Assembly: GCA_048938445.1 (NCBI GenBank)
Contig: JBHLME010000051.1
Location: 1-30,070 of the forward strand
DNA from: Promethearchaeota archaeon
GTDB taxonomy: Archaea > Asgardarchaeota > Lokiarchaeia > Sigyniarchaeales > SOKP01
Length of the DNA stretch: 30,070 nt
Reading direction: 5' to 3'
A program made the position numbers and the translations under genes. Shown here in pieces: positions 1-10,144 of this stretch; position 1 is the stretch's first letter; every line of letters starts with the position of its first letter. The notes below the pieces were generated by a model that did no database searches, had not been told where the DNA came from, and saw nothing but the letters and a program-made list of their open reading frames with translations.

Positions 1-1206
1 GAGAATTCCAATTTTTAAGATTTCTTCTTGATTATTACTAAGGTTTTCTAAATTTAAATCCTCTAATTTACTGCCTGAATAAATTTTCGCAACCTTCATT
101 TTATTTTCCGTTAAAGTTCCTGTCTTATCAGTTGCTATTACTGTTACACTCCCCAAAGTTTCAGCAGCATTTAATCTTTTTATTAGTGCGTTTCTTTTTG
201 AGAGTTTTATAGCACCTAGAGCTAGTACAATAGTGATTATAATAGGTAATTCCTCTGGAATGGTTGCAAATGATAAACTTAGACCTGTTAGAATCATTAC
301 TATTATATCACGTCCTTGGATAATACCAATTATTGGGATCAAGATACAAAAGAATAATGCAACCCATACAAGCCATAGAGCCAACTGTTTCATTGCCTTT
401 TGCAATGGAGTTTTTGGTTCCTTTATCTCCAGAGTTATTCCCGCAATTTTTCCTAACTCAGTGTTAATACTTGTAGCAACAACTATACCTTTTCCTTTAC
501 CTCTAATTATTGTTGTTCCCGCAAAAACCATATTTCTTCTTTCAACTAATTCAATTTCGGGATCTAAAACTTCTTCGTGGTTTTTAAAAACCGCCGTTGA
601 TTCTCCTGTTAATAGCGATTCATCGACTTGTATACCATAAGATTCAATAAGCCGAACATCTGCGGATAATTTTTGACCTATTTTTAGTAAAATTATATCC
701 CCAGGGACTAGATCTTTCGTATCCACTTCTACATATTTGCTATCTCTTAATAAAGGACTTAAAGGAGCGGCTAGCTTCTTAAGAGAAGCAATATTCTTCT
801 TTGCTTTAAATTCATTATATATCTCTACAAATATGAGCACTCCTATTATCGTAAAAATTGTTATCGAATCATAGAGTTCTCCCCATATTGGAATGCTATA
901 AAATACACCAACAAATAACAGAAGAAGAATCATTGGTTCAACTATTTCATGTTTGAAAACCTTAAATAAACTTATATTTCTCTCTTGTACCAAAATATTA
1001 GGTCCGTATAATGTCTTTCTATTATTAGCTTCGCTTTGGGATAAACCTTTCTCAGGATCGACTTTAAGTTTATTTATAATTTCAGGTACACTTACACTCC
1101 ATGGATTATCGATACATCCAAAATTTATATTTGAATTTTTTGAAGATTTTTCACTAGGGTTATCATTACCCATTTCAACTTGAATTCCTAGTTCCTTTTT
1201 TGACAT
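1..1206 (-). CDS. Cation-transporting P-type ATPase (P2A/Ca2+-type-like), N-terminal ~400 aa; runs off the window start
   Basis: Not in the ORF track; translated manually from ATG at 1206 (MSKKELGIQ...). It has LVPGDII, DESLLTGES (actuator), FATIPEELP (TM4) and IATDKTGTLTEN (phosphorylation motif, Asp codon at 127-129), all in one open frame. Confidence 0.95.
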   Translation of the reverse strand, partial: MSKKELGIQVEMGNDNPSEKSSKNSNINFGCIDNPWSVSVPEIINKLKVDPEKGLSQSEANNRKTLYGPNILVQERNISLFKVFKHEIVEPMILLLLFVGVFYSIPIWGELYDSITIFTIIGVLIFVEIYNEFKAKKNIASLKKLAAPLSPLLRDSKYVEVDTKDLVPGDIILLKIGQKLSADVRLIESYGIQVDESLLTGESTAVFKNHEEVLDPEIELVERRNMVFAGTTIIRGKGKGIVVATSINTELGKIAGITLEIKEPKTPLQKAMKQLALWLVWVALFFCILIPIIGIIQGRDIIVMILTGLSLSFATIPEELPIIITIVLALGAIKLSKRNALIKRLNAAETLGSVTVIATDKTGTLTENKMKVAKIYSGSKLEDLNLENLSNNQEEILKIGIL

Positions 1207-1397
1207 TAATTCATCAAATTAGTCTTATTTGCTTAATTTTCTAATTTCAATTGAAATAAATAATTGCAAATTAAATTGCGTTGATTCACTTTTATAATTA
1301 TGGATTTCAATACATAAATCACTACACGACATCTATGTAAAAATTTTAATATAAATAGTCGGATTGAGAATTAAATTTAGTTATGATATAGAAAGAT

Positions 1398-2603
1398 TTA
1401 GTTTTTGTTTAAAATCTTTGAGAAATCTGTTTTAATAAATATCAACATACTAATCAATAACATAATTGAAACATAAATAAATGCAAATATAAATGAAATA
1501 TTGTAAATAAATCCGAATATGATCGATTCAAAAAAAGATATCAGACCAACTGATAAATAATATGCTCCATAAGCCCTTCCCGCTTTATTTTTTCCTGCTA
1601 AATCCGCAACATAAGCACGTGATATCGGATCTACAGATGCCATATAAAATCCAAACATAAGAAAAACCAAAATAATTAAAATCAAAGAGAAAATAGAAAT
1701 TTGAATTGGTATTGCTAATATAATTGAAAGGGTTAATAACACTATTAAACCAGTAGAAATTACCTTTTTTCTACCGATCTTATCTGATAAAATCCCATTA
1801 ATGGGGGAAAATATAGTATACACAATATTACTCATCATATAAAGAAGTGGAATTAAAAAAAGAAAACTTGTAAAATTCTCTGCTCTGACTTGAATGAAAA
1901 TAATGTCTACACTTGCAAATTCAATAATTCCTAAAATACTAATCAACTTAATAAAGTTTTTATTAATTTTATCTACTTTTTTTTCTCCTTGATATTTTAA
2001 TTTTGTTTGGTCAATTTGATTAGGATCTATGTCTTTTACAGATAAAATTAAAAAAATCGCGATTAATCCAGGAAATATTGAAAATAAAATTATTTGAGAA
2101 AAGCTCCATGTAAAAAATAAAAATAAAAATGCTAAAAAAGATCCTGTAACAGCTCCTAACGTATCCATAGCTCTATGCAAGCCAAAAGCTCGTCCTTTCT
2201 CTAAGGAATAATAAGAAATCATTGAATCTCTAGCAGATGTTCGAACACCTTTTCCAAATCTATCTGTTGTTTTTAAGGCTAAAATATATCCCCATGAAGG
2301 ACTAAATGCCATAAGGGGTTTTGATAAATTTGAAATAGTATATCCTGCTACTACAAAAGGTTTTCTTTTATTTATTTTGTCAGATATCCAACCAGTTACA
2401 CCTTTAAATATATTAGAAATTGCTACAGTTGTACCACCTATCACTCCCAAAATCAATGCATCACCACCTATTTGTATTATAAAGAATGGCAATATACTAG
2501 TTATCATTTCAGAAGATACATCCGTAAAGTAAGAAACTAATCCCATGATAATCACGGGGATGCTGACATCTAAAATAATTCGCGGAGTTTTTTTTTTTGA
2601 CAT
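1398..2603 (-). CDS. Major facilitator superfamily transporter
   Basis: About 12 hydrophobic helices; MFS motif A in both halves (GWISDKINKRK, GILSDKIGRKK); DRFGKGVRT and GRAFGLHRAMDTLGAV motifs typical of an archaeal/bacterial MFS subfamily. Confidence 0.93.
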   Translation of the reverse strand: MSKKKTPRIILDVSIPVIIMGLVSYFTDVSSEMITSILPFFIIQIGGDALILGVIGGTTVAISNIFKGVTGWISDKINKRKPFVVAGYTISNLSKPLMAFSPSWGYILALKTTDRFGKGVRTSARDSMISYYSLEKGRAFGLHRAMDTLGAVTGSFLAFLFLFFTWSFSQIILFSIFPGLIAIFLILSVKDIDPNQIDQTKLKYQGEKKVDKINKNFIKLISILGIIEFASVDIIFIQVRAENFTSFLFLIPLLYMMSNIVYTIFSPINGILSDKIGRKKVISTGLIVLLTLSIILAIPIQISIFSLILIILVFLMFGFYMASVDPISRAYVADLAGKNKAGRAYGAYYLSVGLISFFESIIFGFIYNISFIFAFIYVSIMLLISMLIFIKTDFSKILNKN

Positions 2604-2762
2604 GTTTACACTTATTCTTTCTACTTCCTTTATAATACATATTCAAGTTATAGGTTAAACAATAGTATATAAATTATCTTTTTAATATATAAATATTCTA
2701 ATGAAAAATTTTAAATCAATACATTACATATTCAATAATTATAGCCAAATTTTGTGAGTAGA

Positions 2763-3422
2763 ATGACAGGAGAAAAAAACGCCATAAATATTATTGATGA
2801 AGCTCTTGTAACTACAGATGAAATTTTTAAGAAGTTTAAGGATGTATTAATTACCGCAAGATCTGAAGTTCTTAACCTCGAGTCAAAAAAAAAACAAGCA
2901 GAAGAAGAAAAGAATAGATTAGAGGACCATGAAGCAGAATTAGAAGCTGAAAAAGCTAATTTAGAAGATATCAAAAAGCAATTAGAAGAAGAAACAAAAA
3001 AGTTAGAACAAGAAAAAAAAGAGAGAGATCAAAAGATTGGGGCAATGACAGAAGAACAAATGAGATTACTAGATGAATACGAGAAAGTAAAAGTTGAATT
3101 AAAGAAATTTGCTCAAGCAGCTGCAGAACATGAAGAATCAGAATTAAATTTTGAGAAAATTCAGGCCTTATTATCAATTTATAGGGTTTTAATTGAGGAA
3201 ATTTGGCAAGGACAAGCACATTATCGCATCCTACACGTTCTCCATGGAGATAAAGAAGAAATGAATCGAGAAGAATTGAAAAACTCAACAGGAGTAGGAG
3301 GTGCTTTTGTCTTGAGATCAGTTCAGGAGCTAGCACGCGTTGGTCTTATAGATTATAATGAAGATTTAGGAACATCTAAGTTAAAAAAAAGACTTTTTCC
3401 AAAAAAAGCGTTGGAAGAATAG
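2763..3422 (+). CDS. Long coiled-coil protein with C-terminal winged-helix-like domain, function unknown
   Basis: E/K-rich heptad region over about 100 aa, then HYRILHVLHGDKEEMNREELKNSTGVGGAFVLRSVQELARVGLIDY, a wHTH pattern. ATG at 2763 is preferred over the in-frame GTG at 2754. Confidence 0.8.
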   Translation: MTGEKNAINIIDEALVTTDEIFKKFKDVLITARSEVLNLESKKKQAEEEKNRLEDHEAELEAEKANLEDIKKQLEEETKKLEQEKKERDQKIGAMTEEQMRLLDEYEKVKVELKKFAQAAAEHEESELNFEKIQALLSIYRVLIEEIWQGQAHYRILHVLHGDKEEMNREELKNSTGVGGAFVLRSVQELARVGLIDYNEDLGTSKLKKRLFPKKALEE

Positions 3423-3455
3423 ATAAATTAATTAATAAGAAATAGTAATTTAAAA

Positions 3456-4529
3456 TTATTTTGCGATTACCATCTCATGAAGTGTATTTCCTTCTTCTTT
3501 ATATATCTCACCATTATGTTGAATGTTCACATTGAATTTTGATTTTAATCTGAAATAACCTGGCTTGAGTTTTAAAATATTTTTTACTATAAACCTCAAA
3601 ACTGGACCTAATTCAAATAGAAGGTTATCAGCATCTATGATCTCTTGAACTTCAAGTTTAACTTTTTGTTTCTCAGAAATATTAAATTTAAGAATCTTGG
3701 GATAATGATTATTAACATATTCATGAAATTGAAAATCTTCTGCAATTATATCAGACTCTCCGGTGCTTAAAAGGATAGTTTCTCCCTTGGCGAGCATCAT
3801 TACTTTTATACCATGATCATTCATCTTTTTATTGCATTTGATATATGCATATATAAGAGTGAAGTTATCGGAATAGATTCTCCCCCAATACCAGTACTCA
3901 ACTACTCTCACGAGATTAAAATTCAGCCAATTATGGTCATGATACCCGATCCCCTTTGCTGGAATAGTTTTACCTTCAACTTTAATAGTACCTTCCACAT
4001 CTGCTCGAGGAAGAGCTATGCACCATCCAAAATGGCCAAGATCTCCGAATTCAGTATATCCTTTTCCTGGCATCCAACTTTGGACAGTTGCCTTGTATTT
4101 TAAATGAATTCCATATTCTCCTTCATCTAAAAAAATTTCATATTCAGGTAATTTACTGTTAGAGAAGTCAACCTTGATATAATTATTACCTATTTTAACA
4201 TTAGCATCCTTGCTAGTAGCAGTTAAATCCGAACGAGTATAATCATATATTTTTTGAATTTTTGTTCCATCCGGTTTGTATATCGTGATTTCAACACCCG
4301 TCTTACCTGTTCTTTCGTGTTTTGCTCTAAAAAATCCAACAACGAAATGACCATCCTCTAGACGGGCATCAAAATACCACCATTCGGCATTACCTTTCTT
4401 TTTCATGTCAATGTGCAAACCATCATGTTCAGGTTTGAACACGGTTATCGTTCCATCCTTATTTCCAGGTCCTGTCCAAGCTTCCTTGATCATAGGACCA
4501 ACATTATATTCTTTTTTCATTTTATTCAC
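3456..4529 (-). CDS. AttH/CrtC-like (hydroxyneurosporene synthase/lipocalin-like double beta-barrel) protein
   Basis: Family-type motifs AEWWYFDA, GIGYHDHNW and WYWGRI; beta-rich; overlaps the stop of the upstream SCP2 gene. Confidence 0.75.
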   Translation of the reverse strand: MNKMKKEYNVGPMIKEAWTGPGNKDGTITVFKPEHDGLHIDMKKKGNAEWWYFDARLEDGHFVVGFFRAKHERTGKTGVEITIYKPDGTKIQKIYDYTRSDLTATSKDANVKIGNNYIKVDFSNSKLPEYEIFLDEGEYGIHLKYKATVQSWMPGKGYTEFGDLGHFGWCIALPRADVEGTIKVEGKTIPAKGIGYHDHNWLNFNLVRVVEYWYWGRIYSDNFTLIYAYIKCNKKMNDHGIKVMMLAKGETILLSTGESDIIAEDFQFHEYVNNHYPKILKFNISEKQKVKLEVQEIIDADNLLFELGPVLRFIVKNILKLKPGYFRLKSKFNVNIQHNGEIYKEEGNTLHEMVIAK

Positions 4530-4935
4530 TTAAAAGTTTCATTATTTTCATTAAAACTAATAATTTTAAAAGTCCTTTCAACTTTACCTTGCGTGTTATT
4601 ACTTTTACCAACATTCCAATTAATGATAGTCTTTTCATCGCGAATGCTAAAAATATCTGGGTATCCATTTCGATATATGCGTCCCAACCAACTTTTTCTT
4701 TTTTCAAGTTGTCTGCTGGTTTATTAGGAATGCTCTCCACCCGTAATTTACCTTCATTGATTATGATTAATGCTGCAAAGTTAGCATTCTTAGCATTGAT
4801 GAGTATCTTAACATTTATTTCCGAAAAGTTTTCTTTAAATTTCTCATTTTCATTTAAAGAGGCAAGGACATTGTTCAAAAGTCCTGCAAAGCCTCTAACT
4901 TTTTTTACTTCCATTTCAGTCTCATTCATTATCAT
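4522..4935 (-). CDS. SCP2 sterol/lipid-binding domain protein
   Basis: 137 aa; pattern of IIINEGKLRV, DAYIEMDTQIFLAFAMKRLS and ITRKVKLKGLLKLL matches the SCP2 fold (K.K.KG motif near the C-terminus). Confidence 0.75.
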   Translation of the reverse strand: MIMNETEMEVKKVRGFAGLLNNVLASLNENEKFKENFSEINVKILINAKNANFAALIIINEGKLRVESIPNKPADNLKKEKVGWDAYIEMDTQIFLAFAMKRLSLIGMLVKVITRKVKLKGLLKLLVLMKIMKLLSE

Positions 4936-4947
4936 TAAACCATTTTT

Positions 4948-6531
4948 TTATTTTTCAATCTTGTCTGATGTTTCTGGTGAAATATAAAATCCAGAATCAG
5001 CAATATTATTTGGATCAAACGCAGTTTTGATTTTCCTCAACCATAAATGATAATTTGATGTATGAGGTCCATACATATCATGCATTTTATCGCCTTCTAC
5101 AAAAAATGGTGCACCTAAATGTTTAACAAGGTCAAGTTCATTACTCCTCTCCAAGTACTTTGCCATCCCTTTAACGCTATGCTCTTTAGTTTGATCAAAC
5201 ATTGTAGGGATTTCCATGTGAAAATAATGCCCACCTTCATAAGAAGACATCCATTGACCTTCTCCAAAATCATTAGGAAGTGCCTCCATTTTTATAAATT
5301 CTTTTTTTAGAGGGATGTTCATTTTTGCACTACGAAGACATATTTTTGCTGTATCACACACTCCTTTATTGCTTTGAAAACCACCTGTGGCAATGAATCC
5401 ATGTTGTCCTAAATTAGAACGTAAAGCTTCAGCATAAAAAATAGGTTCAGGTATATATTTTGTTCCAATAATATTTTCTAGCTTGTGCTTTTGAATCACG
5501 TAGTCCATTACTTTTTGTTTATAGTCAAATTCTCGTTTAGTGCGAGCTGCAATGATTGTTACAATAGGAACTTGCATCGTTCCAATTGCCATTAAATCCA
5601 TCAATTTCTCAATGGAGTTAGCAAAAATCGCCATCACGGCAAATCCTGCTAAAAAACTACACATGAAGGATATTTCTTCTTTTTCAATACTTAACATTAC
5701 CTTCTCAAGGTTTTTATGAGTTCTACAATCCATCACGTATAATCGCATGTAATCAGGAATCTTAAATCCATAGTTAGGAGAATGTCCATTGATATTAAAA
5801 TCAGTCTTGCATGGATAAGGAAATAGCTTTACTGCAACTTTAGTGAATACTCCTATCCCCGATTTTGCTCCTGCCCAACCTCTCATTATTCCCCTGAGAC
5901 TAGGTCCTGGACCATCTCCCATGTACCAATCAGGATTATTTTTTAATCCATAAGAACCTAATTTCATTATTTCTCCATCAGGTAAGACCCATTCAACACC
6001 TAACACGTTTCTAGAACTATGTCCTGTACATGGTGAGGTAAAACCAGGACCATTCATGCTAGTTGCACTCGCAAGAGGAGATACTTGGGGACCTGCACCA
6101 GGCATGTGGCAATTGAGACCATACTTCATTATTTCTACTTGAAGTTGCGAACCGCTAACATAAGGTTCTATAACAGCATAAAGGTTCTTTTCATCAATCT
6201 TTACAATTTTATTCATGCGACGTAAGTCTAAAATGACGCAATTATCGGTTGAAACATTGTTCCAAGGGCCTAATCCAGTTGATTGTGCTTTAAACTGCAT
6301 CCCATATTTATTACATAGTTGAATGATTCTCTGAACCTCCTCTGTTGTCGAAGGCAGTAAAACAGCTTTAGGTCGAGGGGAATATGGAATAGGTTCCTTG
6401 CCATCCATGTAATTAATTAATTCCATACACCAATTATATGCATATGCTTCTGTGATTACTTCTCCACCATTAATGTTTTTAGGACCAACTACACTTTCAA
6501 ATTCACTATAAATCTCTTGATTTAAGACCAT
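4948..6531 (-). CDS. FAD-binding oxidoreductase (VAO/PCMH family, GlcD-like)
   Basis: PKAVLLPSTTEEVQ, LDLRRMNKIVKIDEKNLYAVIEPYV, NVLGVEWVLPDGEI, GIGVFTK and C-terminal KIKTAFDPNNI. Confidence 0.9.
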   Translation of the reverse strand: MVLNQEIYSEFESVVGPKNINGGEVITEAYAYNWCMELINYMDGKEPIPYSPRPKAVLLPSTTEEVQRIIQLCNKYGMQFKAQSTGLGPWNNVSTDNCVILDLRRMNKIVKIDEKNLYAVIEPYVSGSQLQVEIMKYGLNCHMPGAGPQVSPLASATSMNGPGFTSPCTGHSSRNVLGVEWVLPDGEIMKLGSYGLKNNPDWYMGDGPGPSLRGIMRGWAGAKSGIGVFTKVAVKLFPYPCKTDFNINGHSPNYGFKIPDYMRLYVMDCRTHKNLEKVMLSIEKEEISFMCSFLAGFAVMAIFANSIEKLMDLMAIGTMQVPIVTIIAARTKREFDYKQKVMDYVIQKHKLENIIGTKYIPEPIFYAEALRSNLGQHGFIATGGFQSNKGVCDTAKICLRSAKMNIPLKKEFIKMEALPNDFGEGQWMSSYEGGHYFHMEIPTMFDQTKEHSVKGMAKYLERSNELDLVKHLGAPFFVEGDKMHDMYGPHTSNYHLWLRKIKTAFDPNNIADSGFYISPETSDKIEK

Positions 6532-7851
6532 TTATGCAATCTCCTCCACTATTTCTTTAAATTTTTCTAAATCTTTTCCTATTGCTAATAAAATTAGCTC
6601 ATTAATATCATAATATTTTAATTTTGAACCATATTCTTGAATGGCATCTTGAAAATTTGTAGAACAAAAAGGACACGCAGATATTAAAGCATCAACTCCA
6701 GTGCTTTCAGCTTCTTCTAACCTAGTTCGAGCCGTATTGAGTGCAAGTTCAGGGAATGCTGATTTTACTCCACCACCAGCACCACAACAATATGAATATT
6801 CTTTTATTCTCTCCATCTCGACAAGTTTTAAACCAGGTATGCTCGATAAAATTCGTCTTGGAGCATCATATATACCTTTAGCACCACATCTTTTAGGCTT
6901 CTGTGGTATTGCGATGGATACTAATGGCATCAATGGAACAATATCACCATCCCATTCTTCATATCTTTCAGCATTTCTTCCTAAATGACATGGATCATGG
7001 TATGTAACTGTCAAGGGGACTTTATTCGTTAATTTTAATTCCCCGCTCTCAATTAATTCGTTAAATAATTCAGTAGCATGGATTACTTTAAAGTTATAAT
7101 TGCGAAACATAGAATAATCTACTTTAAACGTATCAAAGCAACCAGAACATGCAAAAACCACTCCTTCTATATTTTGCTCTTCTATTGCGTCTAAATTACT
7201 CTTCATTGACTCCAAGAAGGATTCTTTATCACCTGCACGTAATATCGGACTGCCACAACACACTTCATCATCTAAAAGACGGAATTTTATTCCTACAGCA
7301 TTCAATATTCGAGCAACAGCAATAGCCATTTCTTTTCTTCTATATGATGCTGTACAACCAACAAAGAATAATGTTTTCGAATTTGGATCTATTTGGATGT
7401 CTTTTGGTAACCAATCAGTTCTTTTATTGTGTGGTTCATTATAAGGATTATTTACATTTTTTACAGCCTCAATATACTCTTGTTGCTTAGGCATTGGACC
7501 ACATCCCGCTTTTACCAAGTTCTCTCTAAGTTGGTTTATGATTTCTAAAGGCTCTAAATTATTCAAAAATTTGCAGGATACGGCACATCCTCCGCATACA
7601 GTACATTTATACACGAGGTCTCTCAGTTCTTCTGTTGGTTTAATCCTTCCCATTTGCAGTGAAAGGGCTAATATTATTTTTCCACCACCACTATAGGGAT
7701 GAAAGTTATACATGTCAATAGCAGGACATATTGTTGCATATTTTTGACTCTTAATTTGTAATTGTGGTATCCATTTACAAATAGAACATCTTAGGCAAGT
7801 TTTAATCATTTCATTATATTCATTCTCATCCATGATAATCGTTTTTTCCAT
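6532..7851 (-). CDS. HdrD/GlpC-like Fe-S oxidoreductase (4Fe-4S dicluster plus two CCG domains)
   Basis: CLRCSIC...CP, CTVCGGCAVSC, FFVGCT, VCCGSP, CSGC, YHDPCHLGR, YCCGAGGG and ACPFC. Confidence 0.93.
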   Translation of the reverse strand: MEKTIIMDENEYNEMIKTCLRCSICKWIPQLQIKSQKYATICPAIDMYNFHPYSGGGKIILALSLQMGRIKPTEELRDLVYKCTVCGGCAVSCKFLNNLEPLEIINQLRENLVKAGCGPMPKQQEYIEAVKNVNNPYNEPHNKRTDWLPKDIQIDPNSKTLFFVGCTASYRRKEMAIAVARILNAVGIKFRLLDDEVCCGSPILRAGDKESFLESMKSNLDAIEEQNIEGVVFACSGCFDTFKVDYSMFRNYNFKVIHATELFNELIESGELKLTNKVPLTVTYHDPCHLGRNAERYEEWDGDIVPLMPLVSIAIPQKPKRCGAKGIYDAPRRILSSIPGLKLVEMERIKEYSYCCGAGGGVKSAFPELALNTARTRLEEAESTGVDALISACPFCSTNFQDAIQEYGSKLKYYDINELILLAIGKDLEKFKEIVEEIA

Positions 7852-7865
7852 ATTAGTTTAAAATT

Positions 7866-9329
7866 TTATTTATCAAAACACAAAACTCCTGGATTCAAAA
7901 CATTTTTTGGATCAAAGATCTTTTTTACTTTTTTTAAAGCCATTTGAGTGGAATCTGCATGTCTATTAAATACTTCATCTGCCCATAATCCATAAGGTCT
8001 ATTAAAAAAGGCTCCATTATCCATCAGTTCCTTGCTAATGCCCATATAGCGTTCTTTAAAATCTTGAGATCTAGCATACTCCTCAGGATTGTAAAAAAGA
8101 TTGAATTCACAGTGATATGATGTTCCTTGGTTTATAGGTTGAATATAAATTCCTAGATCATTAGAAACTTGCTTTTTAACAAGCGAAATAAATTTTGGAA
8201 TATTATTATAATTTGATATGAAAAATATATTTTGAGATCCCCCTCTTAACCTCATCCTCCAAGGATTATTGCTAGCTTCAGTTAAGAATTTAAGAATATC
8301 AGCACTAATTAATGTCTTAGAAGATTTCAAGCTAATAAGACTTTCTTCTTCAATTATATCATTAATATCTCCTTCAAGGTATGAAATTCTATCATTAGCT
8401 AACTCACCTCGACCAGAAATAACATATATCAAATTCCATTCATTTAATTCATTAGCAAGATCAAGAATCTTTTCCGAATCTTGTCTTATCAAACTGGCGA
8501 GGTTAAGATCATTTAAAACCAATAATTCATCACATAATCTGTACTTTAGTAATTTTTGTTGAAAGTTCAGTAAATCTTCAATTTTATCTGATTGAATGTG
8601 AAATACTTTTTGTTTTGTAGGTAATAGTTCCACTTTAATAGTACACCAAGCAACGACCCCCATACTTCCTTGGGCTCCTTGAATTACTCTATAAGGACTG
8701 AATTGTGTAGGTCCCATTGGATTTATTTGAGCTTGGCCCATTTTTTTTTGTTGTTTGATTGTTCCTGGACCTGCAGCTGTTCCAGTTCTAAATAAATCTC
8801 CAGTTCCGAATATTACTTCGGTACATAATAAAGGATCTGAACTATCCCACATATATCGAGGTATTGTGGTTGGTTCTCTTTCAAGAACGCAAGATAACAC
8901 CGACTTTGAGACTCGAGGGAATAATGGTAAAGATAATCTTAATCCCTTTTTTTTTAATTTTGGTATGAGGTCTCCATATGTAACTCCAGGTTCAACCATT
9001 ATTACACGATTTTTTTCATCAATTTCTAGGATTTTATCCATTTTTGATAAGTCTAGAATCACAGAATTATCCTTACGTGGAATAGTATCACCATTTTGTC
9101 TTGGTCCTGCTTTTGAACTTATTGGAATGAGAGAGAAATTTAAATTATTTGCTAATTTAACGGTTTCCTCGATTTCCTTGGTTTTTGATGGCCAAACTAC
9201 ACATAAAGGTGTCATTTCTTGTAAAAAACTTAGATCTTTCGAGTAATCTTTTAGGATTTCGTCATTATTCGATAAAGCATTAGGTCCATAAATATTTTGT
9301 AAGTTTTCAAAAATTTGAGAATTATTCAA
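7866..9329 (-). CDS. FAD-binding oxidoreductase (VAO/PCMH family, GlcD-like); first gene of the operon
   Basis: VVWPSKTKEI, LDLSKMDKILEIDEKNRVIMVEPGVT, GAQGSMGVV and C-terminal KKIFDPKNVLNPG. TTG start preceded by a GGAG SD-like site. Confidence 0.9.
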   Translation of the reverse strand: MNNSQIFENLQNIYGPNALSNNDEILKDYSKDLSFLQEMTPLCVVWPSKTKEIEETVKLANNLNFSLIPISSKAGPRQNGDTIPRKDNSVILDLSKMDKILEIDEKNRVIMVEPGVTYGDLIPKLKKKGLRLSLPLFPRVSKSVLSCVLEREPTTIPRYMWDSSDPLLCTEVIFGTGDLFRTGTAAGPGTIKQQKKMGQAQINPMGPTQFSPYRVIQGAQGSMGVVAWCTIKVELLPTKQKVFHIQSDKIEDLLNFQQKLLKYRLCDELLVLNDLNLASLIRQDSEKILDLANELNEWNLIYVISGRGELANDRISYLEGDINDIIEEESLISLKSSKTLISADILKFLTEASNNPWRMRLRGGSQNIFFISNYNNIPKFISLVKKQVSNDLGIYIQPINQGTSYHCEFNLFYNPEEYARSQDFKERYMGISKELMDNGAFFNRPYGLWADEVFNRHADSTQMALKKVKKIFDPKNVLNPGVLCFDK

Positions 9330-9560
9330 AATTATTAACTCCAGAGGATGGATCTCTTATTTTATTCACACTTTTAATATTAAGTAAAGAAATATAATTA
9401 ATTTCGACTAAATATTTCCAATTAGATATTTAGATGCTAATCTTTATTAACTTTTAAAAATTGATAAAAAAATTCACAAAAATGTAAGGTTTTTTTTATA
9501 AAATGATTAAAAATACTAATTAAAATAAGAGTAAATATGAAAAGCTTATAAAAATCGAAA

Positions 9561-9971
9561 TTAAAATCCATCCCAGAATTTTTTAATTGGATCTTCTAAT
9601 TGATCTCCAATTTGATCCTCAAATTTCTGAAATATAGAGACATCATTATCCCATTGTTCAAAAAAACCTTCTGGAAATCGTTCAGTAAATTTATCAGCTA
9701 CTTTTTCTAATTCGGGAATAATTTTTTTCTCCTTATGTTTTTTATCACTATTCGAGACAAAAAATAAACCTTGTTTTTTTAATAAATTGAAGCGTTTATT
9801 ACTTAATTCAAAACTGGATAATCCTCCTTCTACAATGGTTTCTGCGAAGGTATTCAAAGCAGACATGAGCCCACCAAATAATTGATCACTTAAATGGGTA
9901 TCAAAAGTCCTATGATACAACACGACCCCCGTGTCCATTAAAATCCATAGATCTTGTATGACTTTTGCCAA
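9561..9971 (-). CDS. Stand-alone longin-like domain protein
   Basis: beta-beta-alpha-beta-beta-beta-alpha-alpha pattern: IQDLWILMDTGVVLYHR / DQLFGGLMSALNTFA / LSSFELSNKRFNLLKKQGLFFVSNS / LEKVADKFTERF...W.NDVSIFQKF, typical of Asgard longin-like proteins. Confidence 0.75.
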   Translation of the reverse strand: MAKVIQDLWILMDTGVVLYHRTFDTHLSDQLFGGLMSALNTFAETIVEGGLSSFELSNKRFNLLKKQGLFFVSNSDKKHKEKKIIPELEKVADKFTERFPEGFFEQWDNDVSIFQKFEDQIGDQLEDPIKKFWDGF

Positions 9972-10144
9972 GAATTATCCCATTTAGAATTATTTTTAAC
10001 TAAAATTTAATAAACTCTTTATTAGTAATATGTTGATCAAGATATATAAATTATAATGAGTTATTGAATTATGAAATTTGAGTTGAATTAAACTTGTATA
10101 AATTAGTCTTAATTTATCATATATAAATTAAAAGAAAAAAAAAA

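Noticed and set aside
233-1183. Plus-strand ORFs 233..640 and 953..1183
   Set aside because: Antisense shadows of the P-type ATPase, which has full motif support on the minus strand.
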